A DNA stretch of 64,000 bases, taken from positions 186,001 to 250,000 of the forward strand of contig NMRA01000337.1 of the NCBI GenBank assembly GCA_002633005.1, in the 5' to 3' direction. This stretch comes from Phoronis australis (lineage: Eukaryota > Animalia > Phoronida). Numbering within the stretch: the first letter of the stretch is position 1; each line of letters starts with the position of its first letter. Below are positions 12,901 through 23,640 of the stretch, in pieces. The notes under the pieces were generated by a model that was given only the letters and a program-made list of their open reading frames with translations, was not told where the DNA came from and did no database searches. A program made the translations under genes and the position numbers.

Positions 12901-15900
12901 CTTCTGGAATTGGGTTCCTCGTGAAAGTTACGATAGGATTTTTTACTCGAAGAAATGCGGTAAAATTAGTCAAGATACGTACTTTAGGTTTTGGTTGATA
13001 AATTCGTTAATGCCATTCTGTTTTGTTTCAGTAACTCTTTGATAAGTATCTGCATGAGTGTATGACCGAATCCATTGTGGAGTTTTACCTCAGAATCTTG
13101 CTGGGGAGACCATAATGTCAGAGAATTTTCCAGGTCACTTCTCTGTCAATGGTGTCGAAAGGCTTCCCAAAGTCTTCGAAATTGAGATAGAGTAATGAAT
13201 TCCATTCGATAGACTGTTCGACGATAATTCTTAGGGCAGCTATCTGGACAGTACAGGATCGCTCTGTCTTAAAAGCCTCCTTCTTGGTCTCTAAGTTTTA
13301 AGGTCAAAAACTTCTTTTATTGTGTTAAGCATTACCCGGGTGAGCACCTTGCTTGGTGTGGAGGGAAGAATGATTGGTCACCTTTCTTCGGCAGTTAAAC
13401 CAGGAGACCTTTGGTCCAATCTTGTGGGATCTTTCCTGTTTCCCAGATCTTGTTCACCAGGATATGTAGGGGGTTGACTGAGAACTCGCCCCCCTCTTTG
13501 ACAACTTCAGGTGGATATTGTCGATACTGGCAGCTTTCGTGGTCTGCACGCTCTTGATGGCTAGCCTTATTTCTTATCGATGAATTCCATAAAATCATAT
13601 GCAGAGTTCTTCTATCGTTTCAGGCAATTTTTGTGGATCGGGAGTAGAGTCGCAGTTCAAAATGGTGTTGAATTTAGCGCTCCAGCATTCCAGTTGCTCT
13701 CCAATGTTGGTGATGAGTTGACCACCCTTGCCCTTAAGTGACATGGAGACTTTAGCCACTCAGTTGTTTGGCGGTGGCGTGCAGGGGTCTTTATGTCTCC
13801 TTTGACAGTCGCTTCCTCAGCTTTAGGCGCGAGCTCTTTTTGCATACTTCTTTTTGTGTGATCTTACACTTCTTTTAGTTCTGGGTGACATAAACCTTTC
13901 GATTCCCGTGACTTACTTGTGTGAAATGAGAGACCGGAGTTCTATTTCGTGAAAAGTGACATAAGGCTTAAGGTCAAAAGTTTGGTTTTACGCTGCACAC
14001 AGCAATTTCTGCAAAACAATTAAATTTCACTTGAGAAAAACCATAAAGTGTCTGAGAATGTAAACGTAGCTGATCACTATTGAAATAATTTATTTAAATC
14101 ATTTCTATACTGTGATGCGCATATTATTACTTGGCTAAACGTGTATTCAGAAATTATGAATTGGGAGCGCACGACCAAATGTTTGTCTTAAAAGGACACC
14201 AATCCCGGTTTTGGTTTATTAACAGACAATTCTCTGAACGAAAATAACGCTCTGTAGCCCTCGACAACCCTCAAAAGTTTGGAGGAAAATTTGAAAACTC
14301 CTTTCGAAACCTGCTAAACGGGCAAGCGTTACCTACGCTTTTAGCAAATTACAAAGCAACTGTGGGGAAGGAAAACCATAATATCCAATTTGTGACGTAG
14401 GGAGTACGAGTTTTTAGTCGATTCCTCCTTTTTTCTGTCAAGATTTACGCCAGTGATGCATTAACAGGTGACAGAACGAGGGTTGGTTAAAATCATCAAA
14501 AGCAGGGTTTGATATCCTTTGAAGTCTTAAGTCGCTTTTCATGAAATAGACGGATCCCAGGCTCGAATATCGATTACGTAATTGCAACTTCAAAAAATGC
14601 GAGACAAAATTTGAAACAGCTTTACCATAGCAGCGGTTAATATTGTGAGTTATTGACACTAGTGATGGTAGTTAATTACTCTATAATCTGTCCAATTCAC
14701 CGATGCAACGAGTTGGTCTATGGTACCTACATTTTACCGCGGCGCACTTTTCGCCAGAGAATCCACATTTCGGTTCGTCGACAGGAGGTCCGTCTTTCAC
14801 CCATTTTATTCCAGTGCCATTAAATTTCACTCTCTACAACAGTAACATTCCATTCAAGTAACTATTATGAGATAAACGTGTATAGTTAAGTCGAAATTTA
14901 CTAGGAATTAGGTGTGTGAAGTAAAACACACTCGAAGAAAACAAAACTGCGATATCATAAAGCAAAATGAGACTAAAGGCTGAGCACAAATAGCAAAAAG
15001 TCTAACGATAAGTCTAGCATTAAAGTCTGTTTCAGAAACGCTAAATACCCCGGATGTTTCAGAAGTTACCTTACCGGGAGGCCACTGTGTTGTAAAAGAA
15101 ATGTTCCAATGGGTCTAATCTGTCCGTAGATCTGGTCGGTATCCCCAGGCAAAACCTTCTGCGCTATGATGGTGTAATTGCCTTCAGTGTCACCTTCCGA
15201 ATTTATGCGGCACATATAACCCATGGCACCTAGTCAAAGAAAACTTATGTGCAGTCACATGCCAAAATGGGAGATAACAACAACCCTTTTATAAAATCTT
15301 CACCAAAATTCAACTAATAATGCTTTTGTGAAAACAATTTGTTTTCGACCTGACTAACTATTTGAGATTCGAATAAGAGGCTCCCGGGTATGTAGAGACT
15401 TTATCTTTAAATTTAATTTTTAGCGAGCACAGCATGGCTTTGGAAGATTCCTGAAGTTTCCGGAAAAATTAAAAAACTTGCCTTTGTTGATTGATTTTAA
15501 AACATTGCTAAGAGTGATTAAGATTTCCTATACACGCACGATGGGTCACCACCAGGGTAGGGTGCGCAACACTCGTAAACTATTTTAGAATATGGGATTC
15601 AATGTTGACAAATACTGATTTCCTTTGATTCCACTTCTCCAACGAAATTATTAAAGATTTAACAGGTTTTGATTATTGAAGCTGGTAAACCCCGTGGTAT
15701 GTGGATGTTGGAGTTTCCGGGGACATTTTTAAGTGTGTGGCATCCATATTATAGTGAAGTTGGCAATTTGTACCCTGCAGAAGACCACACAATTGTGAAA
15801 TCAGCTTTTAATTTTTTTAAGGATTCATTCACTACCCATAGCCTGCTTTAAGAATAGGTCTTTATCATTTGTAAGATCGTACATACTGTTATATGTTCTG

Positions 15901-18900
15901 CCGTACAACTTGGACAATATCGCAGTGCCGTTAGATGGCGACACACCTTCCAGTAAACACTCGTGTGCAGCCCTGGCGTACAATTTGACAGCATCGTATA
16001 GATAAGCCGAGGTTATGTCTGCCTGAAAATTGAACAACTCAGTTTATTTACTAAACCACTCGGTTAGACACCGAGGCCTAATTTCGGAATTGTATGGATA
16101 AACAAACTATAGATAGGCTCAAATGTCTTTATTCTACGTTTTCCTTCACCTAGAAAATTTCTGAGAAATTTTTATGCACCTATGACGCGGTGCTAAAATT
16201 ATCACTAAAAATATTTGTGTTTTTACTCTTCCAAATATATCAAATTTTAAAAATATAGTTGACCTTCATAGCTAAAGCAGATGCAAACACACGCATTATC
16301 AAGAGTTCTCCGTAATGGCGTCGGAAAACAGACAATCGATGCTATCTCGTTAGAGTTCATTCATCTGTTGTTACTACACATAAGTAGTCTCAGAACTAAT
16401 ACATTTGCTGGGGGCTTACCTCCGTTTTATTCCGGGCAAATGTAAAATTAAACGGTGGAAGAGTTAAGTATCTGTGGACTCGAGCAGAGAAACTGTCAAA
16501 CCACGGATAAACAGGCGGCGAGTGAACAATTCCCGCGAAATGCCTGAAGGATGGTAGCGTGAAGTTGTTTGACACCTGACTGAGACCTGCATCAGACGGA
16601 AACGAACATTTTGCAACAATAAATAAACTATGACGACGATGATAATAACGAATAAATTTGATCAAAAATGGAAAGCGGTGGAACTTTATATTGATTGACT
16701 TCTTGTCGAAACAACTGCTTAAACTATTATGTGAACAAAACGAGACATCTTCAGTCATGTAACCACAGGACTTGGGAAATTACTAAAGTATAATGTTCTT
16801 CAGACAAAATGTTTCGTGGCGGAGCAAATTTGGTGAAAAAAGGTGTTACAAAAACTTGCATTAATTCCGAAAGTCAAAGGAGATGCTTAGTACATGAACA
16901 CCCCGTGACGATTAGCGGCTTCTGGTTCCGTCTGCATAAGTTAAGATCATAAAAAGAAGACCCTTCCTCTGTTAACGACCCAAAAGAAATATGTAATACC
17001 CCGTTGACGTGTGTTGTGTACTTTGAATACGACCAAAGAGAAGAGTGAACGAGTTTCGACGAACGTAGGGTGGAGTGAACTGCGGGTCAGGGACTGGAGG
17101 TCTGTGCCAGCCGAAGCACAAAATGTTCAAATTGCAAATCTCTCGCCTTGATTTAATTGACATGTCGTTAGCTTTACTCCTCAGTTTTAGGAAAGCGAGC
17201 TGCTTAAATCTTGTACGGGTTTGCTGACGATAATATTGCGATGAGTACCATTAATCTATTATTAAGTGGGCAATTAAGAAGAAGAGATAATTTGTAACCT
17301 TCGTAATATCTCTTGATATCTCTGACGTCATATTCCTTCGTAGTGTGGACACCGACCACAAAATATTCTCCAGTGTCCATAAGACCACGTCTTTGTAGTG
17401 TCTCTAGAATACCAGAGAACTCGAACCAGCGACCAAGAATAACATAAACTGAAACGTATAGAGACGTGTATTAGGAATTACTATTTCCGTCAAAGTAATT
17501 AGGTCTGGCATTTGATGGCATAATTTGACGAGTTCAATGACACGTCCTTTATCGCAGAAAATACAAATGCACATAACAGTGAATGCAAAGCATGCATGTA
17601 GGCGAACTTACATTCATTGAAAAGGGAGCCCCGTGTTATTAAGTAGGATCACTTTGTGTACAAAAGATTTGTCCATTTTTTCGTCTTAAATTCTCAACGA
17701 ACATCAGTGTGAAATAAGGTCGAAAACCGTGCGCACGGACACGAACACATTTTGATGTCAAACCGCACAACGCACATCAAACGTAATGAAGTAAATGTCA
17801 ATCTAGCAACTGATAGCCTGAATGCACCATTTTGGAGCAGAGAACTGAAAAATGACTTTTCACATTCTAAAGACGCAGTTCAGATGCGATCAACTACCCA
17901 CTTAAAATTCTAATGTTACTTTTGCTCTGACATTTATGTTAAAAATTTCAGCCTCTCAAGTGCCCCTGTACATATCTACTACCTGTCTGCACACGTGCTG
18001 ATAATCAACTAGTTACTGAAAATATGTCGACAGATGTCCTCGCGCTGTACTCAGCAGCACAACATACTTCTGGTTGTCTTGTACGTTTCTTCTACCATTT
18101 TATCAAATGGGTTGGTCTCCACCAACCCGTGTACGTAAGGACTTTTGAACGTCATCTGGCGGCTTACTGTAATATTGTGAGTCTTTAATGTCTGGAGAAA
18201 ATAAGAAAACAATTACAAGACAGAATTCACTGCTCTCACACAAAAATCTCGGAAATGTTGATACCGTGAGGAGACAGCTTTTGCCGGGTATTTTTAACAT
18301 CATAGAGAATTCGTAAGCGAGACTTAAATTCCAACTTCTGACCTTTGCTCAATAGTAAACAAATATCACTACGATATTCATAATAAGGGTATCTCGTTCA
18401 GTTTTTGTGTGACGTCATAACAATTAACAACCGTCGTTTATTTAGATTTCGCCAAGAGAGTGTTCGGTGCCTAGAAGTGCGGGGAAGCTCAATGGTCAAA
18501 AACTTGTTGCAAAATATATAAAAGAGTCGGACATCTTGGAACTTGAGGTCAAACACACTATAGTAACTATGATATGTTTGCTTGAGGTCACGTTTGGCGA
18601 GATGAGTTATTATAATTTGAAGTCCCTAATTTGGCGAGTGAGGTCAGTCTGTCTGAAGTTGTCACCGGTGATCTGAGGTCGCATTTGTGGAGCTGGTGTT
18701 CACCAGACCGGACGCTGCATTAAATCTTTCAGTTTATGTACAACTAGATAATATAGCTCTGGCAGCCGGCGTCGACTTGTCTGATAAGCTAAATAAATTC
18801 AAATATCTGGGTCAGCGTTTATCTTTTATTTCCTAATTCTGTGGAAGAGTTTTATTAAAGGTCGTTAGCCCAAATTTTTGCAGACAGAGTTTTAAGAAAG

Positions 18901-21900
18901 TAATCGTGACATATGAAAGCGAACTACAAATAAGTCTAAGCTAATCGCACTGTTTCGCGACTCCTGAGTTTGGCGAAGAGGACAGCAGAACTTCAAATTA
19001 AACCAAGCTTTTTGTAATTCACACATAGCAAGTAATCAAGATCATTCGGGTACAAAAACAATAATTGCGAAAACAATTGATCGAGATCCCTAGGAAAATT
19101 TGATGCATGATTATTGTTAGAGAATTTAAAGACATGCGGCTTTTGGGATTTGTTTTTACGCAGATCAAAGATCACGATTCGTTTCGATGTGCGCCAAGCG
19201 TGGTTTGCCGCCTAATTGACCGAACTCGGGTCCAACAAGTTTAAAAACACGTCACTTTCGACCTTAGCAGTTTTAGTCATGCATGACGTTCATGTTTTTG
19301 ATAGAACAGAACTTCTAACTATCCCCCAAATTGACTGCCTATCCCGGCATGCTTAGGCACTATATGTGACCTACCTCTAGAATTGTTTCTCCAATGACAA
19401 ATCGATCGTCCTGGGTTCTGATGAACACGACTTTGCGCCACTTGAAGTGTAGTAAGAAGGCGGCTACAGAGTTTGATATTTTCGAGTTGGGTGGAATAGT
19501 CCGAGCAAATGTAGGATACAGGTTTCTGTCAGAGACATTGGCTTCTTTACAGAGCTAAAAAATAATTAAGACTTGTGAAAAATAGGACGAATTCGGACAG
19601 AAATCTCCTTTGTCCTGGAAGTAGAAAAACGTGTTGTTACATTGGCCACGTTTTAGAAATGCCGGGGTGATTCTATGATTCATGTCGAAAATATCGCATT
19701 CACGTAAAGTTCATCTAACTTTCAGCCAGCAGCACAGCAGTGAAACTTTGGATGGTCATGTACTGTTAAAGGATATTGCCACCCGATTTAATTAGTCTTT
19801 TTTACCGTCGTAATCGGTCTATATCTACATCGCCTCTTATACGGTCGACCTCACCTTGCCGAGAGATGTCGCGTTAACCAGTGAGGAAGGTGAGAAACGA
19901 CGCAGCGACGTCAGTGGTTCGTCTGCAGAGTAAATGCCGCTATATTTCCGGGGTGCATCGTTCCCGCTTGTCCGAACTATGAAGCTGCGAAGAAAGCGGG
20001 TATATAGTTTTTTTGACTTCCTCGAGAGCCCGAAATGTTTAGGAAGTGGCTCGCGGTAGTGAAGAACGAAAAGTAGGTTGTTAATAGCAAGTATGAGGCC
20101 GTGAAACATCTCCGTGTCTGTGGCCGGCATTTCGTAGACAATGATTTCTCTGAAGAATTCCGGCTTACCAAAGAACTGTCCATACGTTACGTTGCCCGTG
20201 CATGTTCACGGCGCCTCTCTAGTATTTCTTGATCAGTGTATTCCGGTTCGAACTGAATACCTGTGAAACCTAACGATCCGACCCGTGAAGTCTTCGTCGC
20301 CTGAGCTCTTGACTAAGTCGGGATTGGCGCGGGGCGAGTTGCCGTTTATTAGTAGACGTTTATTATTCTGCGTTCTGTTTCAAAATGAGTTATTCTCATC
20401 CTAACCAATGCTTATATGAAACTGAAACAAAGTCTGCCTCATTAGATACAATTTCTAATGTTTTGGAGTGCTCGTGAGTGCAAATGATTTCAGAAGCCAG
20501 AAACGAATAAACCACTGCGTTATCGGCTTTTGATGCCGGCAACAAAGGTAATTGACCGGGCACCGAGGCCGTGTGAGCGCATGCTAATTCAGACAGAAAG
20601 CTGAAACAATTACTCGATTTTATATGCTATGGTCACATATTATGGGAATCTTTATTCAGAAATACAAATACAGTATTCAAATCATTGTTACTGTACAACC
20701 TTTGCCCTGACAGTCTGTGGAAAGGGGAAGCCGACATCGCGTCCCCCGACAAGTAAGTAGATTTTCAGTTTCGTGGCTAATTCAGAAAAATAATTACGTG
20801 CACATTGTGACTGAAGATTTAGTTTCCAACTCAAGCTGGTTTATGTTCGTGCCAGTCCCGACGGTCGCGACGGGCCTGATCCAGTCGGGTTCCGATCCAC
20901 TGGCCGAGATAACAAGCGTTTGTGTGTTTAGAACTCAAAATATCACAACTATAACAACACAGATCTAGGTTCTCCTGTCTGTATTTCACGGAAGAATACT
21001 TCGAATTTATCTCCGAACAGACCCCAAACTCCTCAGTGCTACGGACCTTGGTAAATTGGCCTGCCGATTTTCGTAGGCTGCGATGTGTCCAAATACCAGT
21101 AAATCCGTAACAGCGAAATAAAACAACACGTTTTTATATGAACTCGGTGTATTTTTAAGGGTTTTACATCGAAGTTTGATGATTTGATTTATTGGTGTTA
21201 AACGATGAATTCAAGCGATAACCTGACACCAGTAATCCGTGTTGTGATCCGCTGAACAGACTGCGTGTGAAACCAATTACGTCATTGGATAATTTCAACA
21301 CCTCCGTCTGCCGTCAGGTGTCAGGTAACGCAACCGAACGTGCCGTTGTCGAGTAGAACTACTCGATCTAAATTGAAACAAAATAGGTCGTTTTTGGGTG
21401 GCATTCTCCTTTAATGTAGTTGAGAAGAACTTGAAAAAATAAGTCACTAACGAGAATAACATGAGTAACTCCAATGGCACGAAAACGAAGCTGGAGAAAT
21501 GCTTGACGGATGTTGCAGCATTGTGGGTTAATACCGCGAGATCAGTGTCAAGTGTCTGTGCGCAATACCGGCGGTAGCGTGTCCTGCTTTAGGTGCACGG
21601 TAATGCGATGAAGAACAATTAAGGTTGGTGAAACGAGTTGTAGACACGTAAAACTTTTAAATGCTTAAAATTCGCTCCATCAAATTGACATGAAAATAAC
21701 CGTGTGGTTATGAGGCGAGAACGTACGTACAGCTGTAATCATAGAAGAATGAACTGTTGAAACTGAGAGCTGTCGACTGAGATCTCTTTCTGTGTTCTTT
21801 CTACACAAAATGCCCATTAGGCAATCAAAACGTAAATGTTTCAGACTGGGGTTTTCATGCGTTTTCTGTTACTTTGTCGACAAGCTTTTGGAAAGTAATC

Positions 21901-22702
21901 TTTCCTAGAAGTGAATACTGAAAATGAAAGATTCGTACGGTAAATAAATGTAAATTGCTACATGAATATCCTTCTGCTGAATTTAATTTTTAAGTTGATG
22001 GCGCATGTTTATTTACAAGAGAAACCGTAGGCTTAATTTGTGCTTAAAAGTGGCAAAAACTGGTGAGATTCTTTTTAAAAAAGTTTGATTTAGGTCACTT
22101 ACAGTTATAAAATTGGTCTCAAATTATTCCTTAGTTAAAATAACTGCGATTTCTGAACATTTCGTTTTGACCTTGACTTCAAACTGAACCAATAGCTAAA
22201 TGTCAGTTCTTGCAAACACTGACGCTTTAAATAATCCGCCATCAGTTTCAAGAACGATATATTATAAGGTAAGTTTACTTACGTATGAAATCATAGGCAG
22301 GTTAAAAGCCATTGCTATCCTGCCTTCAGTAACACATTTCTCCTCTGGCCCAATATACGCCGATATGTTATGCTTGAGAGGCAGCTCAGCGGTCACTTTA
22401 ATACTCATTGCCTCGCTTCCCCTGATCTCGGCCACAACAAATTCCAGTGTATGGTTGGGAAGCAGACCCTTGTCTTGATTTACTTCTTGCACAGCTAGAC
22501 TGATAGCACCCGATATTTTTTTGCCGTGCTTGACATAGGAGAAATCTCCCGGAGACTGCTCTGAGCCACTAATGTAACCCAGTCTTATTACATTTCCCTC
22601 GGGAGTAGCTGTGCCCACAACGATCACAATATTCATAATAACGGCAAAGAGCTTGGCTGTGTTGACACCCCGTCCATGGCTCCTGGGTTGATGGCCTTCC
22701 AT
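1144..22702 (-). CDS. Receptor-type (membrane) guanylyl cyclase, Gyc32E/Gyc76C/NPR-like; 21 coding exons in window, 3' end incomplete
   Basis: Manual splicing gives a continuous ORF with matching intron phases. Motifs: [15 protein letters not shown] and YPTFART (ANF-receptor ectodomain), CGFSGEKC juxtamembrane, TM helix, kinase-homology domain ([16 protein letters not shown]), coiled coil ([17 protein letters not shown]), cyclase ([45 protein letters not shown]). The GTP-specificity residues E and C are present. Confidence 0.95.
1441..1539 (-). CDS. rGC exon 20 (cyclase)
   Basis: ttccag|[33 protein letters not shown]|gtaagt. Confidence 0.95.
1950..2061. repeat. ~64-bp imperfect tandem duplication spanning the exon-19 3' end and its donor site
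   Basis: tctttggccacatttac..agaatacc..agtgaatgccaat occurs twice. Confidence 0.75.
2046..2167 (-). CDS. rGC exon 19 (cyclase)
   Basis: tcgcag|[24 protein letters not shown]|gtattc. Confidence 0.94.
2320..2438 (-). CDS. rGC exon 18 (cyclase)
   Basis: gtctag|[40 protein letters not shown]|gtaaga. Confidence 0.95.
3006..3129 (-). CDS. rGC exon 17 (cyclase)
   Basis: ttgcag|[41 protein letters not shown]|gtatgt. Confidence 0.95.
3561..3700. repeat. 50-bp tandem triplication spanning the exon-16 3' end and its donor site
   Basis: Three units resembling cagcctacc..taacatttggtggag.aacc.ttctgttaatactgt. Confidence 0.85.
3669..3809 (-). CDS. rGC exon 16 (coiled-coil hinge)
   Basis: ttacag|[47 protein letters not shown]|gtaggc. 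Confidence 0.93.
4402..4582 (-). CDS. rGC exon 15 (end of kinase-homology domain)
   Basis: taccag|[38 protein letters not shown]|gtaagt. Confidence 0.92.
4690..4760. repeat. Short tandem repeat, ~27-29 bp x ~2.5
   Basis: cactgtctggcctgttttatcagt units. Confidence 0.7.
5869..6018 (-). CDS. rGC exon 14 (kinase-homology domain)
   Basis: aactag|[36 protein letters not shown]|gtaatt. Confidence 0.92.
6378..6540 (-). CDS. rGC exon 13 (kinase-homology domain)
   Basis: ttgcag|[36 protein letters not shown]..|gtgaga; catalytic Asp replaced by Asn, as in rGC pseudokinases. Confidence 0.93.
9620..9796 (-). CDS. rGC exon 12 (kinase-homology domain)
   Basis: tttcag|[38 protein letters not shown]|gtaagt. 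Confidence 0.93.
9872..9940. repeat. (CA)n microsatellite followed by a (TG)/(TTTGTG) tract
   Basis: Direct reading. Confidence 0.9.
10640..10789 (-). CDS. rGC exon 11 (start of kinase-homology domain); 5' boundary 10789, 10793 or 10796
   Basis: cacagcagccag|[38 protein letters not shown]|gtaaga. Confidence 0.85.
11350..11363 (-). CDS. Candidate 14-nt rGC microexon (NEFGN)
   Basis: ttttatcacag|AATGAGTTTGGCAA|gtaaag. Converts phase 0 to phase 2, which fits the first AG acceptor of the next exon (10796). The upstream intron would be only 56 nt. Confidence 0.45.
11420..11552 (-). CDS. rGC exon 10 (intracellular juxtamembrane)
   Basis: atgtag|[24 protein letters not shown]|gtatgt. Confidence 0.88.
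11854..11920 (-). CDS. rGC exon 9 (transmembrane helix)
   Basis: tttcag|[23 protein letters not shown]|gtatgg. Confidence 0.9.
13060..13870 (-). mobile_element. Degenerate RTE-clade non-LTR retrotransposon RT fragment (intronic)
   Basis: Minus-strand peptides [17 protein letters not shown] and [46 protein letters not shown]; contains stops and frameshifts. Confidence 0.8.
14731..14833 (-). CDS. rGC exon 8 (extracellular juxtamembrane hinge)
   Basis: ttgtag|[34 protein letters not shown]|gtaggt. Confidence 0.88.
15075..15229 (-). CDS. rGC exon 7 (ectodomain)
   Basis: gactag|[31 protein letters not shown]|gtaagg. Confidence 0.88.
15887..16022 (-). CDS. rGC exon 6 (ectodomain)
   Basis: tttcag|[33 protein letters not shown]|gtatgt. 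Confidence 0.9.
16420..16586 (-). CDS. rGC exon 5 (ectodomain)
   Basis: atgcag|[26 protein letters not shown]|gtaagc. Confidence 0.85.
17299..17448 (-). CDS. rGC exon 4 (ectodomain)
   Basis: tttcag|[26 protein letters not shown]|gttaca; weak donor but phase-compatible with the next exon. Confidence 0.8.
18068..18191 (-). CDS. rGC exon 3 (ectodomain)
   Basis: ctccag|[24 protein letters not shown]|gtatgt; phase 0 to 1. Confidence 0.85.
19375..19554 (-). CDS. rGC exon 2 (ectodomain)
   Basis: ttttag|[49 protein letters not shown]|gtaggt. Confidence 0.9.
19770..21410 (+). mobile_element. Non-autonomous Kolobok-like DNA transposon (TTAA TSD, AGG..CCT termini) with THAP relic
   Basis: TTAA|AGGATATTGCCACCC ... 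GGGTGGCATTCTCCT|TTAA (TIR 13/15 identical); internal dead THAP domain. Confidence 0.75.
19954..20180 (+). pseudogene. Pseudogenised THAP (C2CH) DNA-binding domain
   Basis: Single frame: [63 protein letters not shown]-x4-C, P, W and C-x2-H-F are conserved; three in-frame stops. Confidence 0.8.
22283..22702 (-). CDS. rGC coding exon 1 (signal peptide, start of ectodomain)
   Basis: [58 protein letters not shown]. Pyrimidine tract and AG at 22724-25, so a non-coding exon lies upstream. Donor GTAAGT. Confidence 0.88.
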
Positions 22703-23039
22703 GGGGCTCAGGCACAAAATGTTCTGTAAAAAACAAGAAATATCGAGGCATTAGTAACGCCTAACAACGACGAATTTGTTACCAGTGCGCGTTCTCATAA
22801 CGTACAATTACTTGGTTGTTATTTTCCGGAAACTACCAGAGAACTTGAGATCTAATGGTTCACCGACTTCTTGAGCGTAGGACACTGTGTGTTGCCTTCG
22901 TTATCAATCAGGGTCAGAAAATATACTTGACGAATGGACAAAACAATGTAGCCCCATTACGTAATTGAACAAGTCAGACGATTGGTTTGCAGGAGCTCAT
23001 GTGGTCGGGTGGCATGTTCCTAACCAGTAGATCTAAAGT

Positions 23040-23640
23040 TATTATACTGACAATATCGTCTGGAGTTGGATTCAATAAACATTTTTGAATTAACATTCAA
23101 GTCACTAAAACTGTCTAATTTATTTAACCCTAAGGACAAAATTCTTATGGGTCTACTGTCCAGGTTAGTGTACAAATATATCTGTGCTGTATGTGGCTCC
23201 AGTTATATAGGAGAAATTGTTCACCATTTGAAAACCCGGACCAGGGAACATCTAAATTCTAACAGAAGTTCACATTTTAATATTCGTATGCAGAGCTCCA
23301 ATCATTGTTATGAGCGATGCTCTTTCAATGACTTTGCTGTAATAGACCAAGCACAAACAACAAAGGAGCTGAGGCTCTGCACATCAATTGGTGCAAGCCC
23401 AGGCTCAATAGGCAACTGGCACACCACAGGTTGCCATTGTTAGTCTAGCCTATTGTTACTCCTCTGTATAGTAACTGACTGTATCTGTGTATCATTGCTT
23501 GTTGTCGGGCCTAGCAAGGTGGCCACTGTTTTTTTTTCTTCTGATGATGGTGTTTTAATAAATGCCGAAACATGTCAAGCCCGTTTAAATCCGTCGTGGT
23601 TTTTATTAACATATGTTGCTACTTACTATCATAGAGATTC
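23040..23640 (+). mobile_element. 3' fragment of a Penelope-like retroelement (GIY-YIG endonuclease plus pLTR); boundaries approximate
   Basis: KDKI..SRLVYKYICAVCGSSYIGE..HLKTRTREHL (VY..C..C...YIG GIY-YIG motif), followed by a hammerhead motif. Confidence 0.8.
23538..23579 (+). ncRNA. Minimal type I hammerhead ribozyme (Penelope-type)
   Basis: ctt-CTGATGA-t-GGTGTTT-taat-AAATGCC-GAA-ACATGT-C-aag: intact core, 7-bp stem II (two G-U pairs), palindromic minimal stem III, GUC cleavage triplet, short stem I ctt/aag. Confidence 0.75.
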
